NCBI GenBank assembly: GCA_001938485.1
Contig: MQRK01181483.1
Coordinates: 17,144-81,143 of the forward strand
Direction: 5' to 3'
DNA: 64,000 bases
From: Girardia tigrina
Taxonomy: Eukaryota
The notes under the pieces were generated by a model that saw nothing but the letters and a program-made list of their open reading frames with translations, searched no databases and was not told where the DNA came from. Below are positions 39,701 through 52,930 of this stretch, piece after piece; within the stretch, counting starts at the first letter, position 1; each line of letters starts with the position of its first letter. Both the position numbers and the translations under genes were made by a program.

Positions 39701-41487
39701 AAAAAGTTTGTTATGTAAGATAAAGAATGATTCTAGTAGTATCAATGAAACGATATTGTCAAATCCACACAAATCATCACGATAATCCGTCAAATGATTC
39801 GGTTTGCGTCGATCTACTGATCGGATGATCCAGTAGATTTGGTACAAGTTTTCTAATGAAATTAATTTGTTTGAAACAATAAGTCTTTGTTTAATTTTTG
39901 TTGAGTTGTAATAATTATACTTTAAAAACAATACACACAGGCGAGTATTCACAGGTACTCTATATCCATGATCAGCACAGATAAATGTGTGTGTCACACA
40001 AGACACACGGACAATCAATAATGAAATCACAACGTTTCGTTTTTAAATGAGACTGATAAACTGGATTTTGAGTGGCTATTATTTTTGGGTCAAATAACTA
40101 ATCACAATGCAGTTATGTAATATCGTGATGTTTAATTTGTATTTTTTGTGTGTGTGTGTTGATATGAATGTTATGATTTCGCTGAAACACAAGTTTTATT
40201 GCCAGTGCGCGTGTGTGTGTCTTCTTCAGTGACTTGTTTTTATAACAGTTAAAATGTATATGAATATATGTATAACAAACGACACAGTAACAATTTTCAA
40301 AGGCGCTCAAATTTTGTTTATTTGAAATTTAATGATTGTTTTTTGTAAATATTACGTTTTTTTTGTTATTTTTTTCTTAAACTTCAATTTCTGTGACAAA
40401 AATGATGTGATTAAAATTGTTATGCAATTTCCAGCAATTTTTTATTAATTCTTTTGATAATAAAATTTCTATTATTGAAAAAGTAAAAACAAAGAAACAA
40501 ATTGGGATTTTATTTTAAATAACTTTCAAACAGTATAATTTAATTTTTTTATGTATATTTTTTATTACTTTTAAAATTGTGAGTTGTTTTACAAAAAAAT
40601 TGATATTTTAAAATGTTTAAAGATTACGAAATTAAACATTTACATTTTTGTTCTATTTGGATAAGTAAACATCGGTGTCTATTAGATTTTTTTAGGGGGA
40701 CAAATTAAAAATATTTTTATTTTCAAAAATTCAGATTGTAATTTTCCTCGGCCTATTTATCTAACATATACGATATCCTTTTAGAATCTCATAATAATTT
40801 TCAAATTTATTTGTGAAATAAATCTTTTTTTCATTTTTCTGAGAAACTAAGAGGGGGAACAAGTGTCCCTTCATACCATCTCGATGGATGTCTATATTGT
40901 TTTCGTTTATAAATTTTTTTAAACAGACTTATTAACCCCAGAAAATCTGTCTTTTTAATTCAAACTAAACACTATTACTGTTTTTTTGCATTCTTAAAAA
41001 CGATTTATTTTAATTTAGTAATATATATTTTCTTTTTAAGTTTTATACTGTTAATTAGAAGATTAGGAATTATGGAAATCAATAAGTATCAAAACAATAT
41101 TAAGACAAAATCGAATAGACATAGAATATTTGAAAAAAATTATAATGAAGGATAATGGTAACGCTGTAAGAATGATTCTGTAGCCTAAAATTTGTTTAAA
41201 ATTAATTTGTTGCTTTAATTCTCAAAACCAAAATTTACCCATTAAGTCTCATTGTCATCATATGATTAAGCAAAATTAAGGTCCACAATTTTCGCACGTA
41301 TCGTTTGGAAATATTTTTTTTCAAAAAAGCCATCTCTATTATTTATGTTTTAACATATTGTTGACCAGCAATTTTACACTGAATCTATCTCATGCAATTG
41401 ACTATTATTTCGTAATTCAATGTGGAAGTGAAACAATATAAATAACCCTTAATAAACTTTTTTATAAGAAAAGGAACATGTCTAAAC

Positions 41488-43314
41488 GATTCCCGGAAAA
41501 AAGAGACCTGAAAAAAAGAGACCACGATTAGTAAAATTCAAATAAAATTTTTGATAATGAAAACTACAAGTAAATTTTAGAAAATAAAAAAATTCTATTT
41601 AATTTTTGAAAAATGAAATAGTTACTGAGATATTTCAGTAATTGGTAAATATTTTAAATAAACTCTAATAATATTAGGGTGAGTCATAAGTTGTGGGGCA
41701 CTCTTTCCAAAGTAATTATCTCTAATTACAACATGAATTGTCGAATCGATATTAATTGAATTTGTATATCGTAATAAAGCTCATAAACTNNNNNNNNNNN
41801 NNNNNNNNNNNNNNNNNNNNNNNNNNNNNNNNNNNNNNNNNNNNNNNNNNNNNNNNNNNNNNNNNNNNNNNNNNNNNNNNNNNNNNNNNNNNNNNNNNNN
41901 NNNNNNNNNNNNNNNNNNNNNNNNNNNNNNNNNNNNNNNNNNNNNNNNNNNNNNNNNNNNNNNNNNNNNNNNNNNNNNNNNNNNNNNNNNNNNNNNNNNN
42001 NNNNNNNNNNNNNNNNNNNNNNNNNNNNNNNNNNNNNNNNNNNNNNNNNNNNNNNNNNNNNNNNNNNNNNNNNNNNNNNNNNNNNNNNNNNNNNNNNNNN
42101 NNNNNNNNNNNNNNNNNNNNNNNNNNNNNNNNNNNNNNNNNNNNNNNNNNNNNNNNNNNNNNNNNNNNNNNNNNNNNNNNNNNNNNNNNNNNNNNNNNNN
42201 NNNNNNNNNNNNNNNNNNNNNNNNNNNNNNNNNNNNNNNNNNNNNNNNNNNNNNNNNNNNNNNNNNNNNNNNNNNNNNNNNNNNNNNNNNNNNNNNNNNN
42301 NNNNNNNNNNNNNNNNNNNNNNNNNNNNNNNNNNNNNNNNNNNNNNNNNNNNNNNNNNNNNNNNNNNNNNNNNNNNNNNNNNNNNNNNNNNNNNNNNNNN
42401 NNNNNNNNNNNNNNNNNNNNNNNNNNNNNNNNNNNNNNNNNNNNNNNNNNNNNNNNNNNNNNNNNNNNNNNNNNNNNNNNNNNNNNNNNNNNNNNNNNNN
42501 NNNNNNNNNNNNNNNNNNNNNNNNNNNNNNNNNNNNNNNNNNNNNNNNNNNNNNNNNNNNNNNNNNNNNNNNNNNNNNNNNNNNNNNNNNNNNNNNNNNN
42601 NNNNNNNNNNNNNNNNNNNNNNNNNNNNNNNNNNNNNNNNNNNNNNNNNNNNNNNNNNNNNNNNNNNNNNNNNNNNNNNNNNNNNNNNNNNNNNNNNNNN
42701 NNNNNNATGTCGCATTTTTTGAAGGGAAGGAGCTTTTCCGATATCGACGACGTCGATAATGGGTGTCGAGAATTTTTTGCTTCTAAAGACAAAACATGGT
42801 ATCGACGCGGAATAGAACAACTTGAAGAACGTTGGGTACAATGTATTGAACATAATGGACTTTATTTCGAATCATAATCTTTATTGTGCGTTGTTTTATG
42901 AACATTTTAATTTTTAATAAAAAGTGCCCCACAACTTATGACTCATCCTAATAAAGGAACATAATCCCAATTAATAGAATGTTTTGAACGGTTGAGACCT
43001 CAAAAGAGATTTACATAATTATTTTTATCAGATATTTTTATTTTTCTGCTTAGAAATTTTTAAAAATATCAAGAATAAAAATAATGTAAACAATAAAAAT
43101 AAGAAGAAAATAGTAACTATTTTTTATTGTATTTGAATCATAACAAATGCAATTTTAACCAATCACAATATATTTTACAAAAATTTAATAAAATTTTCTA
43201 TTTTCTAAAATTTACTTAAATTTAATTATTTTTCTAAAAGTTACTTGAATTTAACTAGTTTTCTAAAATATACTTGACTTTTAAAATTTTATCTGGTCTC
43301 TTTTTCCGGTTTCC
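41488..43314. mobile_element. Non-autonomous Mutator-like (MULE) element with nested mariner
   Basis: TIRs GATTCCCGGAAAAAAGAGACC / GGTCTCTTTTTCCGGTTTCC and a perfect 9-bp TSD TGTCTAAAC at 41479-41487 and 43315-43323. Confidence 0.85.
41674..42951 (+). mobile_element. Probably full-length mariner; interior is an assembly gap (41790-42706)
   Basis: TIRs TTAGGGTGAGTCATAAGTTGTGGGGCACT / AGTGCCCCACAACTTATGACTCATCCTAA with TA TSDs. C-terminus reads FFASKDKTWYRRGIEQLEERWVQCIEHNGLYFES. Span 1278 bp. Confidence 0.93.
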
Positions 43315-45076
43315 TGTCTAAACACGATGAACAAAGCGTTTGGAGTATTCTATATTGACCTGGGTTTCAAAGATTTAAATAGCTAATGCAAGTGTAAACA
43401 CATTGTTAACACGTGACCGGTCAACAACATGTTAACATCCATGTATTTTAAATATTTTTTTGCATTATAAAAATTGCTACTACTAAACAAAGAAAAACAT
43501 AAAAGTATACTAAAAACATAAAAATGGGACGTAATGGAGACGTAATCTAAATAAAGAAGACTAACGGTGAATATGACTCAGGTCTGAATTCGTGTAACTA
43601 CCAAATAAATCAGTATAATTGTTTATTTAATTATACAACTTTTTAAAGAAAGAATTATCCGCCATGTTTTGTCTTTGTTATTTTGTTAAATTTGCACTAC
43701 CCAAATTTAAGTAAAAAATTATCGAAAAGTTACAACCGATATTTTATCTAATTGTTTATTTTTACTAGTGAAATAAATGTACTATTATATTGTAATTGTT
43801 ATAAATTATTTTCTTAAAAAAAATCCCAATGAATTATAATCTCAAAAAGAAAATTACCAAAAATATTTGTTTTATTTTTTTTAATTCAATAATATATATT
43901 AATTAATTAATAATCAGATTATTCATTAGTATTTATTAATCAATCTAGTATTAAAAAAATACGCTATGAGAAAATATTTGCTAAAAATTACATTTTGTAA
44001 AAGAGATCAAAAACGTTTTGCCGATAAAATCGGTGGATAATTACAATGGAATAAATGAGTCATTGAATTGAAAAAAATCGTCATTCGAGCGTAGCAAAAT
44101 ATGACACGGGATTTAATGAAACAAATGTCTTAATAAAATAATTGCCGGGTTTGCTCAGTAAGGAGTTTGTTGAACGTTTGTCGAGTCTGTATTGTCGTTG
44201 ACGAATGAGGAATCAAACCGGCTGAGAATATGAGTAATATGCCTATTTCGATGAGACGTTGTGATTGAAGGAGGAATATTTTTTCTCACCTGCACTCAAT
44301 GGCCTCCTAATTTTTTCCATTAAAATCGCTGGACTGTCTCTGTCATATGAAACGGATTACGTATTTTGAGGAATCTGAGTAGAATAGTACGATGAGTAAT
44401 GAGATGTGATTTAATTAATTAATATGTTCAAAACAATACTCTATGCCGTATGTCGATTATTGAATGGTAAAATTATAAATTTACATAGAAAGTCACTCGA
44501 ATTTAACGATGAATTTTAATAAAATCGATTTCTATGTATCATATATATTGGTTGTTCTTTACTTTTAGAATATTAATTAATGAGAATATCTAATTTTCAT
44601 ATTTTTAGAATATCATTAACAATTTCAATGAAATTTTTTGGCGTTTCAGAAAAAAATGAAAATAAAAAAATTGTCAGAATTATTTTGTGATTTTTTTGTC
44701 ATTGTGTTTAATTTTAATAACAAACAGAAACGAAAATAATAATTACTGAAAAACAATTTTAAAGTTTATTTTTGAAAATAAAAATTGGATAATTACATTT
44801 TTAGTGTATCTGTTATGCCGAACTTGCAGGGGCGGACCATTGAATTCGGGGGCTATGACACCAAACTGGCCCTACCGTAACTTCTATTGTTTAAAGGCGA
44901 TTATAGTTTAATAGTAGTGTCTCACTTTCTTGTGCCTTTTTCTATCTAAAGCCTTTGCATTTTTTTTATTAAAAAGAATAAATATAAAAAAATATTAGTA
45001 TCTTCTTTAAATTTGAGTATGAAAAATTTATAAAAGTTATTGTTATGTTTATTGTACGGTACAATTTGTTAATTTC

Positions 45077-45350
45077 ATTAATGATATGAATCGTTTTCAT
45101 GGACAATTTATAAAAATCTATCATATTATTTATAAATAATATCTACCATATGCAAAATAAAATGATATAAATATAATAAATAATATAAAACATGAAGAAG
45201 AAATTTATTAAATTTTGACTTTTATTTTCCTAAAATGCAGGAACAATTAACAAAAATTTTATTAATGATATGAATCGTTTTCATGGACAATTTACAGAAA
45301 TCTATCATATTATTTTTAAATAATATCTACCATATGCAAAATAAAATGAT
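45077..45350 (+). repeat. 90-bp direct duplication (45077-45166 and 45261-45350)
   Basis: Two near-identical copies of ATTAATGATATGAATCGTTTTCATGGACAATTTA...GCAAAATAAAATGAT. Confidence 0.9.
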
Positions 45351-46849
45351 TTATAATTTTTATTATAAACACAATTCGGATCATCCATGAGACAATCCGC
45401 AGAAAAGCTTTCATAGATAGACATCGTTCAAAAATCTTTAATATCTTTATCTCATAATCTGAACTAATTTGAACCTAAATATTCTTTAAAAAATATACAA
45501 TATTCAAACATAAAACATCAATATTCCTCACAATGTGTATATATCAGTTGCCTGTTATATCGGTATCAGAATTACAAAATATACATGACAGCTTTCTTAT
45601 TTTTTGATATTACTCATTTTAGGACCATTTGGTGTCTAATCTCAGAGTAAAAGGGGCCATTTGACGTGCTGCAGCCCATATTAAGTATAAAGTATTTTCT
45701 AAAATTTCAAAAATACTAAATATAAATTACGTTTTTTTTATGAAAAAAAAGCAAAATTAAAAAACAAAATATAATTTTTCACTTCAAAAACAAAATTTTA
45801 AAAACATTAAAAAAGATTAAAATAAACATCAAATTAAAAAATATATATTTCCATTAAAAACTAAATATACGTAAATAAATAATTTTCATAAATGTTTTAA
45901 AAATTAAATATTATTTTGATTGCAATTTAAAATAATTTAAAATTTATTTGAAAATAGAGATCGGCGGATTAATTATTAATTAGGGAAAAAGTTGAAAAAT
46001 TTGTTTGAAAATTGTTTTATAATAAAGATATAATTTGAGTTAAAATGAATTCTGAAATTGATGTTGCAAACACTTCTCACAATCATCAAACTCTCAAGGA
46101 ACAATTTTTTTCTCATTATTCATACTCCACAAATGTTAATCTTTATCCGATTAAAGTTATTAAAGTAATTAAAGTGTTTGCGAAGTATCATTTTGAATAT
46201 ATTATTCTTAATTGCTATTTGTATGAAAGAATGTATCTGGCTTTTGAATCATCTTGTGTTGAATATAGCGTTAAATAGCATTAAATAGATAGTTTCAAGA
46301 TTGAACCATTTTGCGAATCACTGACTTTTTAATTAAGCATCTTTTGTCAAAGAAACTAATTTACAATAATCAAAAACCGTAAATTGATAGTACTAATTAA
46401 AAATTGACAAGCTGTAGTGAAGATCTTTTCAAGCTAACACTCAAAGCAATTTAATGTAGTTCAATTTCTACTTAAGGATAAAAGTTCTCTGTTTTCGTTG
46501 TACTTCTAGGAACTGTTAAAGGAAAAACGAAACTGCTATTCGATTCAAGAGTATTCAGTAAAAATAGAATTGACCGGATTATCTTTTACAACTTAATTAA
46601 GAGAATAAAAGAGTACTCAACATTTGATGTAAATATTGACATAAAACTGCAGTACTAATGAATATTGCAAATTACAAACAGAAATGAAAGTTTTTCATTA
46701 ATTTATCATTCAAGTGAATTAATAAATTGTAAAAGTCAAAAAGGCAAAACTTATCCTTCAATTTATTTCATGAAACATTACTGCTTCAAAAATTAATAAA
46801 TAAATTAGGCCACAATAATAAATAATCATAAATTATTAAGTTTAATATA

Positions 46850-47010
46850 ACTTCGTTTTTTCCAAAAAAACACTTTTATTTATATGAAATGGTGAATCAA
46901 AATATTTTTCATCCTTTACTTTCAACGATCTTTCTGGCAATTTAGGAATTCCATCGAAAAGAAAACATTTTTCTTTTGATACGATATTTTAAGTTTATTA
47001 TGAACACCAA
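46850..47010 (-). mobile_element. Mariner 3' end remnant
   Basis: Minus strand reads ...FSFDGIPKLPER..., like the mariner C-terminal GI..LPERW motif. Confidence 0.5.
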
Positions 47011-50000
47011 TTGAATTTTCAATACATTTATTGATATCACAATTTAAAAGCCACCAAAACAATTCTCCACAAAACTTTTGTAGCTAGCCATCGGTCTTGA
47101 TTAGTAAATTTTAATTCTATTTCTAAACCTCTAAAAGCGAAATCTGTCCCGCGGGTTTTTCCATTTGCACTTTGGGAATCGTTTTAACATCAAATAAAAA
47201 TAATCCTGCCAAATTTTCAGCTATTTGTCACAAACGGTTTTCGAGTATTTTCAAAAAAACCGTTTTTCGATTTTTATTTTTTCAATAGTAAAATTCAAAA
47301 TAAATCAATAACGATTATTTTCCATAATTCTTAGGAGTAAAAGACACTAAAAAATATAACTGTAAATCTCAGATAGAAAATTTAATTTACAATATTGATT
47401 ACAAAATAATTTACAATTTAAACTGCAAAATAATTTAAACTAAAACACGTCATTTGTAAAACAAATTTTTATTTTTTTAGATATGTAATTTAGACGGTAT
47501 AACCTTCATTGTCAGGTTTCTAGAAAAAAATGAATTTTAAATCTGCAAATAAAGTCTAGCCGTGATTATATCATCAATGGATTGTGATGTCATCTAAACA
47601 CGCTCAGTAGGGTTTTCGGGAGACCCGTTTGCACATTAATCTTAAAATCTAAAACAGGCCATCCACTCCCATTAGTTTTTAAAACGAGTATACCGAATTT
47701 TAAAATTATTTATGTTTATATTTGTGATAGAATTACAACCTTTTCTGTGATCTGATTTATTACTCCCACCCACATTACGACCATGTTCTTGGATTCTCTT
47801 ACAGAGATGACTGGATGTCTCTCCAATATATGTGGCATTTTACCCATTGCATGTCAATTGATGTGAAAAATCTGAACAAAATACAAATGCGGTTGCAGAT
47901 TTATTACAAAATACATTTTGGATTTTAAATGTTTGTGATATTATTTTTAAATTAAAGGCATTATTTACATATTTTAAAATTGAACGTTTAAATTTACCAA
48001 ATCCTTCGGATTATGGAATGCTTAAAACGTTTTTTAAAGTTGGTGGTTCTTCTATATCATTTTTAATCGGTTTATTACCTAATTTATCAATTGTTTCTTT
48101 GGTCAATTTTTCAACAATTGATTTTGAATAACTATTTTAAAATAAAAATTTATTTTACCAATGGTGTGTTTTGGTTTATAAACATAATTTTCCATTATTT
48201 TAATTTTCTGATAAATAAGTAAAATTATTCTAAAAAGTATTTTAAATACTTTATTTTTGATATATTAATTTAATTTTAAAGTTGTTATTTACATTTTTAA
48301 ATTGTCAAAATAATCCGACGTTTTAACACATTAAAAATATCAATCTTCCATCTGGGTGGGAGAAACTTAATCCTAAAACAACATATCAAACAACATACAA
48401 TAAACACCATTCAAAAATATTCCTCACAAAGCCATTTTTGATTTCTTCTTGATTTCTGAAGTGCTTGTCTTGAAAAATAATTGGTATTGATCGGTTTAAT
48501 AATCTAATAAGGCACTATTTGGTAAAATTAAGTGCTTTATTAAGGATACTGTCGGCCGAAGTCTTATTACAAGATTTATTACAACTAAAATGATCTGTAA
48601 TCAGAGTCTGGGGCATGACTTGTTTCTTCAATTGATTCTTCAAAAATTTGCCAAAATCTGCAATGATTAAAACAATTGTATTTTTAATTAATTGTTAAAT
48701 AACAATTAATTTATTATACAATTGGTAATATAAATTTTTAAATTCGACAATAATTGACTTCAATTGTCTGGGGAGAGATGTCATGCTTCAAACACCAACC
48801 AATCTCAAACATACTATAAAACTCATACAACAATCACTCAACATCATTCCAATATCCCTCACATGCTTCAAATGTATTTTTTACTTGTTTGGCCCCTGTG
48901 GCCGAACATTATATAATTGCAAAATCACTTAATGAGGTTTTGCGGCTGAATGTTTCGTTTTGCGTTCAATGAATGGTTACAATCTAAATAACTGTTGTTC
49001 GTAACGTTCAGCAATAATACTTCAGTTCTTTGAAACTTTTTTTTCAAGTCTGTTGAGTACATGTATCTTCATCTTAAGTTTCTTGAAAACATGAAAACTT
49101 TCAGCAGCTTTTTTCTTTTCATAAAATCAAAAAAGTAATGCTTTCCTCAAATCCTGTTTTGTTAATACGAAAGCCAACACGCTGAAAGGGAATCAAGATA
49201 TGTTATTCAGGCTTTCACAATTAATAAAATTTATTTAAAGATTTAATTATGAATGACATACTGCATTTTCATGTGGAATTTCAACACTTTAAAGCAACGT
49301 AGGCGTCATTGCAAAAGAATAATACACAAAGGTACGTCAAAGAACTAAGTTATAGACCTAATATTAAGTGAAACAAGAACAAAACTTAAGAGGAAGAAAA
49401 CCACATTATGATTTTGTAAATTGGAGAAATTAATAACAAGATATAATAAAATTTTTAATTTATTTATATCTTTTTAACTCAAATAATTTAGAAATGGTTA
49501 AAACCTTTTTTATTAAAAAATATCTACGTTATTATATGCCTGATCATGTGCTATTATAATAATTATTTAATAAAAAGGAAGACAAACAAGACCACAAGAA
49601 ACAAGAAAATTTAGACCAAAGGTTGTTTCTTTAAAATTTAAAATCATGAATTATCTAGCAGTTTTTGTTCTGCAATTTACCAGGAAGATTAACAACTATT
49701 TCTTCGAATTATAAAAATATGCCGAGATTGTTTACGTTGAGATTATTAAGGGGTATTTAGATGCCCGTGGTGTCGGTATGGAGATAATTTGATATTTTAA
49801 TTATTGTTATTTTTCAATGTTTTAAATAATATTTTAATTTAATAGTCGTAATTATTATCCATTTCTATACGTATTTGGTTGAAGAAAAATTGTGAGCGGT
49901 TTTTAAATAACTTTACTTGAATACAATATACAGGGTGTCCTACAGGGTACGCAAAAGCTAATTGGTGCATATTATGATAGGACATATTGTGTAGATTAGG

Positions 50001-50344
50001 TTTATCAAAGAGAAAATTGAATTCGGCATCATGTAATTATAACGCAACAAAGGTTTTACAAAATTATGTAAATTTGAGTCCAATAAGGTGTCATTTTAAA
50101 GATAATTAAAAGACAAACAAATTCTTTCAAGAAAAGTTTCTAACAAAGTCAATAAGTAACAAGTTATTACGTAAACAGTGAAAAAAATTTTAATTAAAAA
50201 ATCATTTTGAAAACTTATTTAATTGATCATGTATTAAATTTTAATTATTAAAATTTTGTGATTTTTTTAATTTGAATTTTTATCTAACCCCCGATATTGA
50301 GCAGACTAGGTACCATTTCGATCGATTTCGAATGACTAATATAC

Positions 50345-50500
50345 CGTATCAGTCAATAATGACGTGGAATTGAGCATTTGGTTGGACGAATTCTTCGATT
50401 CAAGACCGAAGAACGTTTATCGTCGAGACATTGAAAAATCATTGAACGATGGGATCAACAACAACGGAAATTTTATTGTATACTAATTACTAGTAATTTC
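50345..50500 (+). mobile_element. Mariner 3' remnant related to the element at 310-1605
   Basis: NNDVELSIWLDEFFDSRPKNVYRRDIEK aligns with 1390-1480. Confidence 0.75.
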
Positions 50501-50793
50501 GTTTAGCTAAACCATTATGTTGATATTACGATTTGTATAATAAATTACATAATTTGTAGAAGTACATAATCATTCTTTATAAAATACAAAATAAAATATT
50601 TTATTGTTTGTAAGATATTCATTATCGTTAACAAATGTGTTGTACAATGTGAAAGATGATCTTAGATACCATTATATGTCTCGAGTTTCTTTTCAGACCA
50701 ACTAATAAGTAATTTAATATATTTACTTATATCTTTATTCAAGTTTCGTGTAACGATCTTTACATGATCGCTAAAAGAAATATAATATTTATA

Positions 50794-51348
50794 TTAGGTT
50801 GGGGAAAAAGTAATCCATTATTTTAATCCATTATTTTAATTCAATATTTATCGATCAAACAATTTCAAATTTATGCTCTTTGTCAAGTTAACATTTCACA
50901 GTAATTTCACAAAATTTTTTTTGTTTTTTTTATTCAGTTCTGAGTTATAGGGTGTTAAAAATGGAAGTCAACACAGAAAAAATTCGGTACATTTTACAGT
51001 TTTTATTCGATAAAGGCGAAAATGCAAGGTACTCGCCACAAACTCAGGGAGCTTGGTTGGAAAGTTTTAATGCATCCGGACCTGGCAACAAGCGATTACC
51101 ACCTTTTTCTCCCATTGAAAAATTTCCTGAGTGATAAGAAATAGAAGATTGTGAAAATCGATTACTACAGTATTCGCCAATAAGGACCAAGACTTCTACG
51201 AGAGAGGCATTATGAAGCTACCTTCAAAATGGTAACTATTTATACAACAAATCGGTGCATATTTGACTCCAAGAGGACAATCCGAAACATGTTAAATAAA
51301 GTTTTGAATTTCACGCCAAAATAATGGATTTCTTTTTCCCCAACCTAA
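50794..51348 (+). mobile_element. Internally deleted mariner (555 bp)
   Basis: TIRs TTAGGTTGGGGAAAAAGTAATCCATTATTTT / AAAATAATGGATTTCTTTTTCCCCAACCTAA with TA TSDs. N-terminal MEVNTEKIRYILQF is fused to C-terminal pieces (KLRELGW, DLATSDYHLF). Confidence 0.93.
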
Positions 51349-51924
51349 TATTATATTTTTCAAAACACTATAAATGAAACAAGTTAAAAATGAAACATTT
51401 TAATTATATAATGAATAGATATTTGTTAAATTTTATTTTGAAAGTTATTGTTGAACATGTTTCGATCATAATAATTCATCATCTTTATTAACAACAACAC
51501 AATTTGAATGTAAACATTTATTAACAACACAAACAGATTCTTCACAACAATTTTCAGAAAGCATCTTTCTTTGATTGATATTGTTTTTGTTTATGTATTC
51601 AAATCTAAAAAAAACAATGAATGGAAAATTTTTTAATATTAATTTTTAATTTCTCAAATTTTATTGGATAAAAAGGCATTACATAATTTTTTAAATGAAC
51701 ATGAATTTTTAAAATATATTAAATTTAATAAGTTAAAATCGTTTACTAAAAATATTATTAAAATTCATAATGATAAAACTTTAATTAATTAGTACTTAAA
51801 ATTAATATCATTAGATTCAAAAAATCAATCAATAAATATATCAATCCCATCTGAGTAGAAGAGTCACAAATCTAAACAGCATACAAACAACAAACTTACA
51901 ACATTCCAAATTATCCCTCATTTA

Positions 51925-52436
51925 CTGACGAATCCAAGTTTCTTTAAATGACTTCCAACTCTTGATTTTGATATTTACAGGGTCTCTGCTACTTCTCTTG
52001 TCGTCATATGTGGATTAGATTTGATCAGTGCTGTTATTTTGTCTCTATCAACTTCAACTGGTCGACCGAAGCGTGGTGCATCTTTCAGATGAAATTTTTC
52101 AGAACGAAATTTAGAAAACCAGTATTGACACTGTCAAAGTTTTAAGGAGTCACTACCATATACAAAACATATCTTCTTATGAGCTTGCACAGCGGTTTTC
52201 CCATTGCGAAAATAATGCAGCAAAACATGACGAATATGCTCATTTTGATTTTCCATTTCGAATCGACGGTAAAGTAATAAATTAAAACAAAATCAATTAA
52301 TATTTTGTATAAACATGGTCTGAAAATTATGGTTTCAGAATACATAATTGAATTTAAATTTTATCACATCGTTTTATACTTTCAAGCTTTTTATTAGGAC
52401 ATACTCAAAAACGCAATGAAGTTTTGGCCAACCCAA
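51925..52436 (-). mobile_element. Mariner 5' half
   Basis: Single TIR TTGGGTTGGCCAAAACTTCATTGCG next to TA. Reads MENQNEHIRHVLLHYFRNGKTAVQA...DAPRFGRPVEVD. Confidence 0.88.
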
Positions 52437-52439
52437 TAT

Positions 52440-52930
52440 CTTTGCAACATCTGCAGTGATCAAGAACCTTACTCGATCTACTCAACTGTTAGTGTTCACT
52501 AAACTGTACTTGGAGATGACGATTTGTCTCTCCAATGTACGAGCTTTTAGGCCCATTACAAGTAAATTTGTACATAACATTAGCTTTCACTAAATTCTCT
52601 GTTTTGGATGTTACTCTAAGGTAATTTCTTACTTTGGATGTTAAAGATACTATCTTAACATTTTCGATATTTTTATAAATATTGTTGTTAAATATTCTGA
52701 ATAAGAAATTTTTATAATTTGAACGCATTCCTCGTCCTCCTTCTTGCTTATGTTAGAGTGAATTTTATCTGACATTTAATATTTTTTTCTATTTGTATAT
52801 ACATTTGTATATATATATATATATATATATATATGAATTTCGATAATGAAATTCGTCCTTTGAAACATCCGTATACCATTTAAACTGAAGAGTATGCTAT
52901 TAGTCATTACCAGAAACAAGTCTTCTCACG
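52440..52930 (-). mobile_element. Penelope-like GIY-YIG fragment
   Basis: ORF 52489-52728 reads KANVMYKFTC...SSYIGETNRHLQVQFSEH. Confidence 0.82.

Noticed and set aside
40670-40896. Possible hAT MITE (similar lone start CAGGGGCGG at ~44827)
   Set aside because: Ends are degenerate and no 8-bp TSD was found.
47489-47505. TTAGACGGT resembling part of a flatworm spliced leader
   Set aside because: Only ~9 nt match, with no following leader sequence, donor or Sm site.
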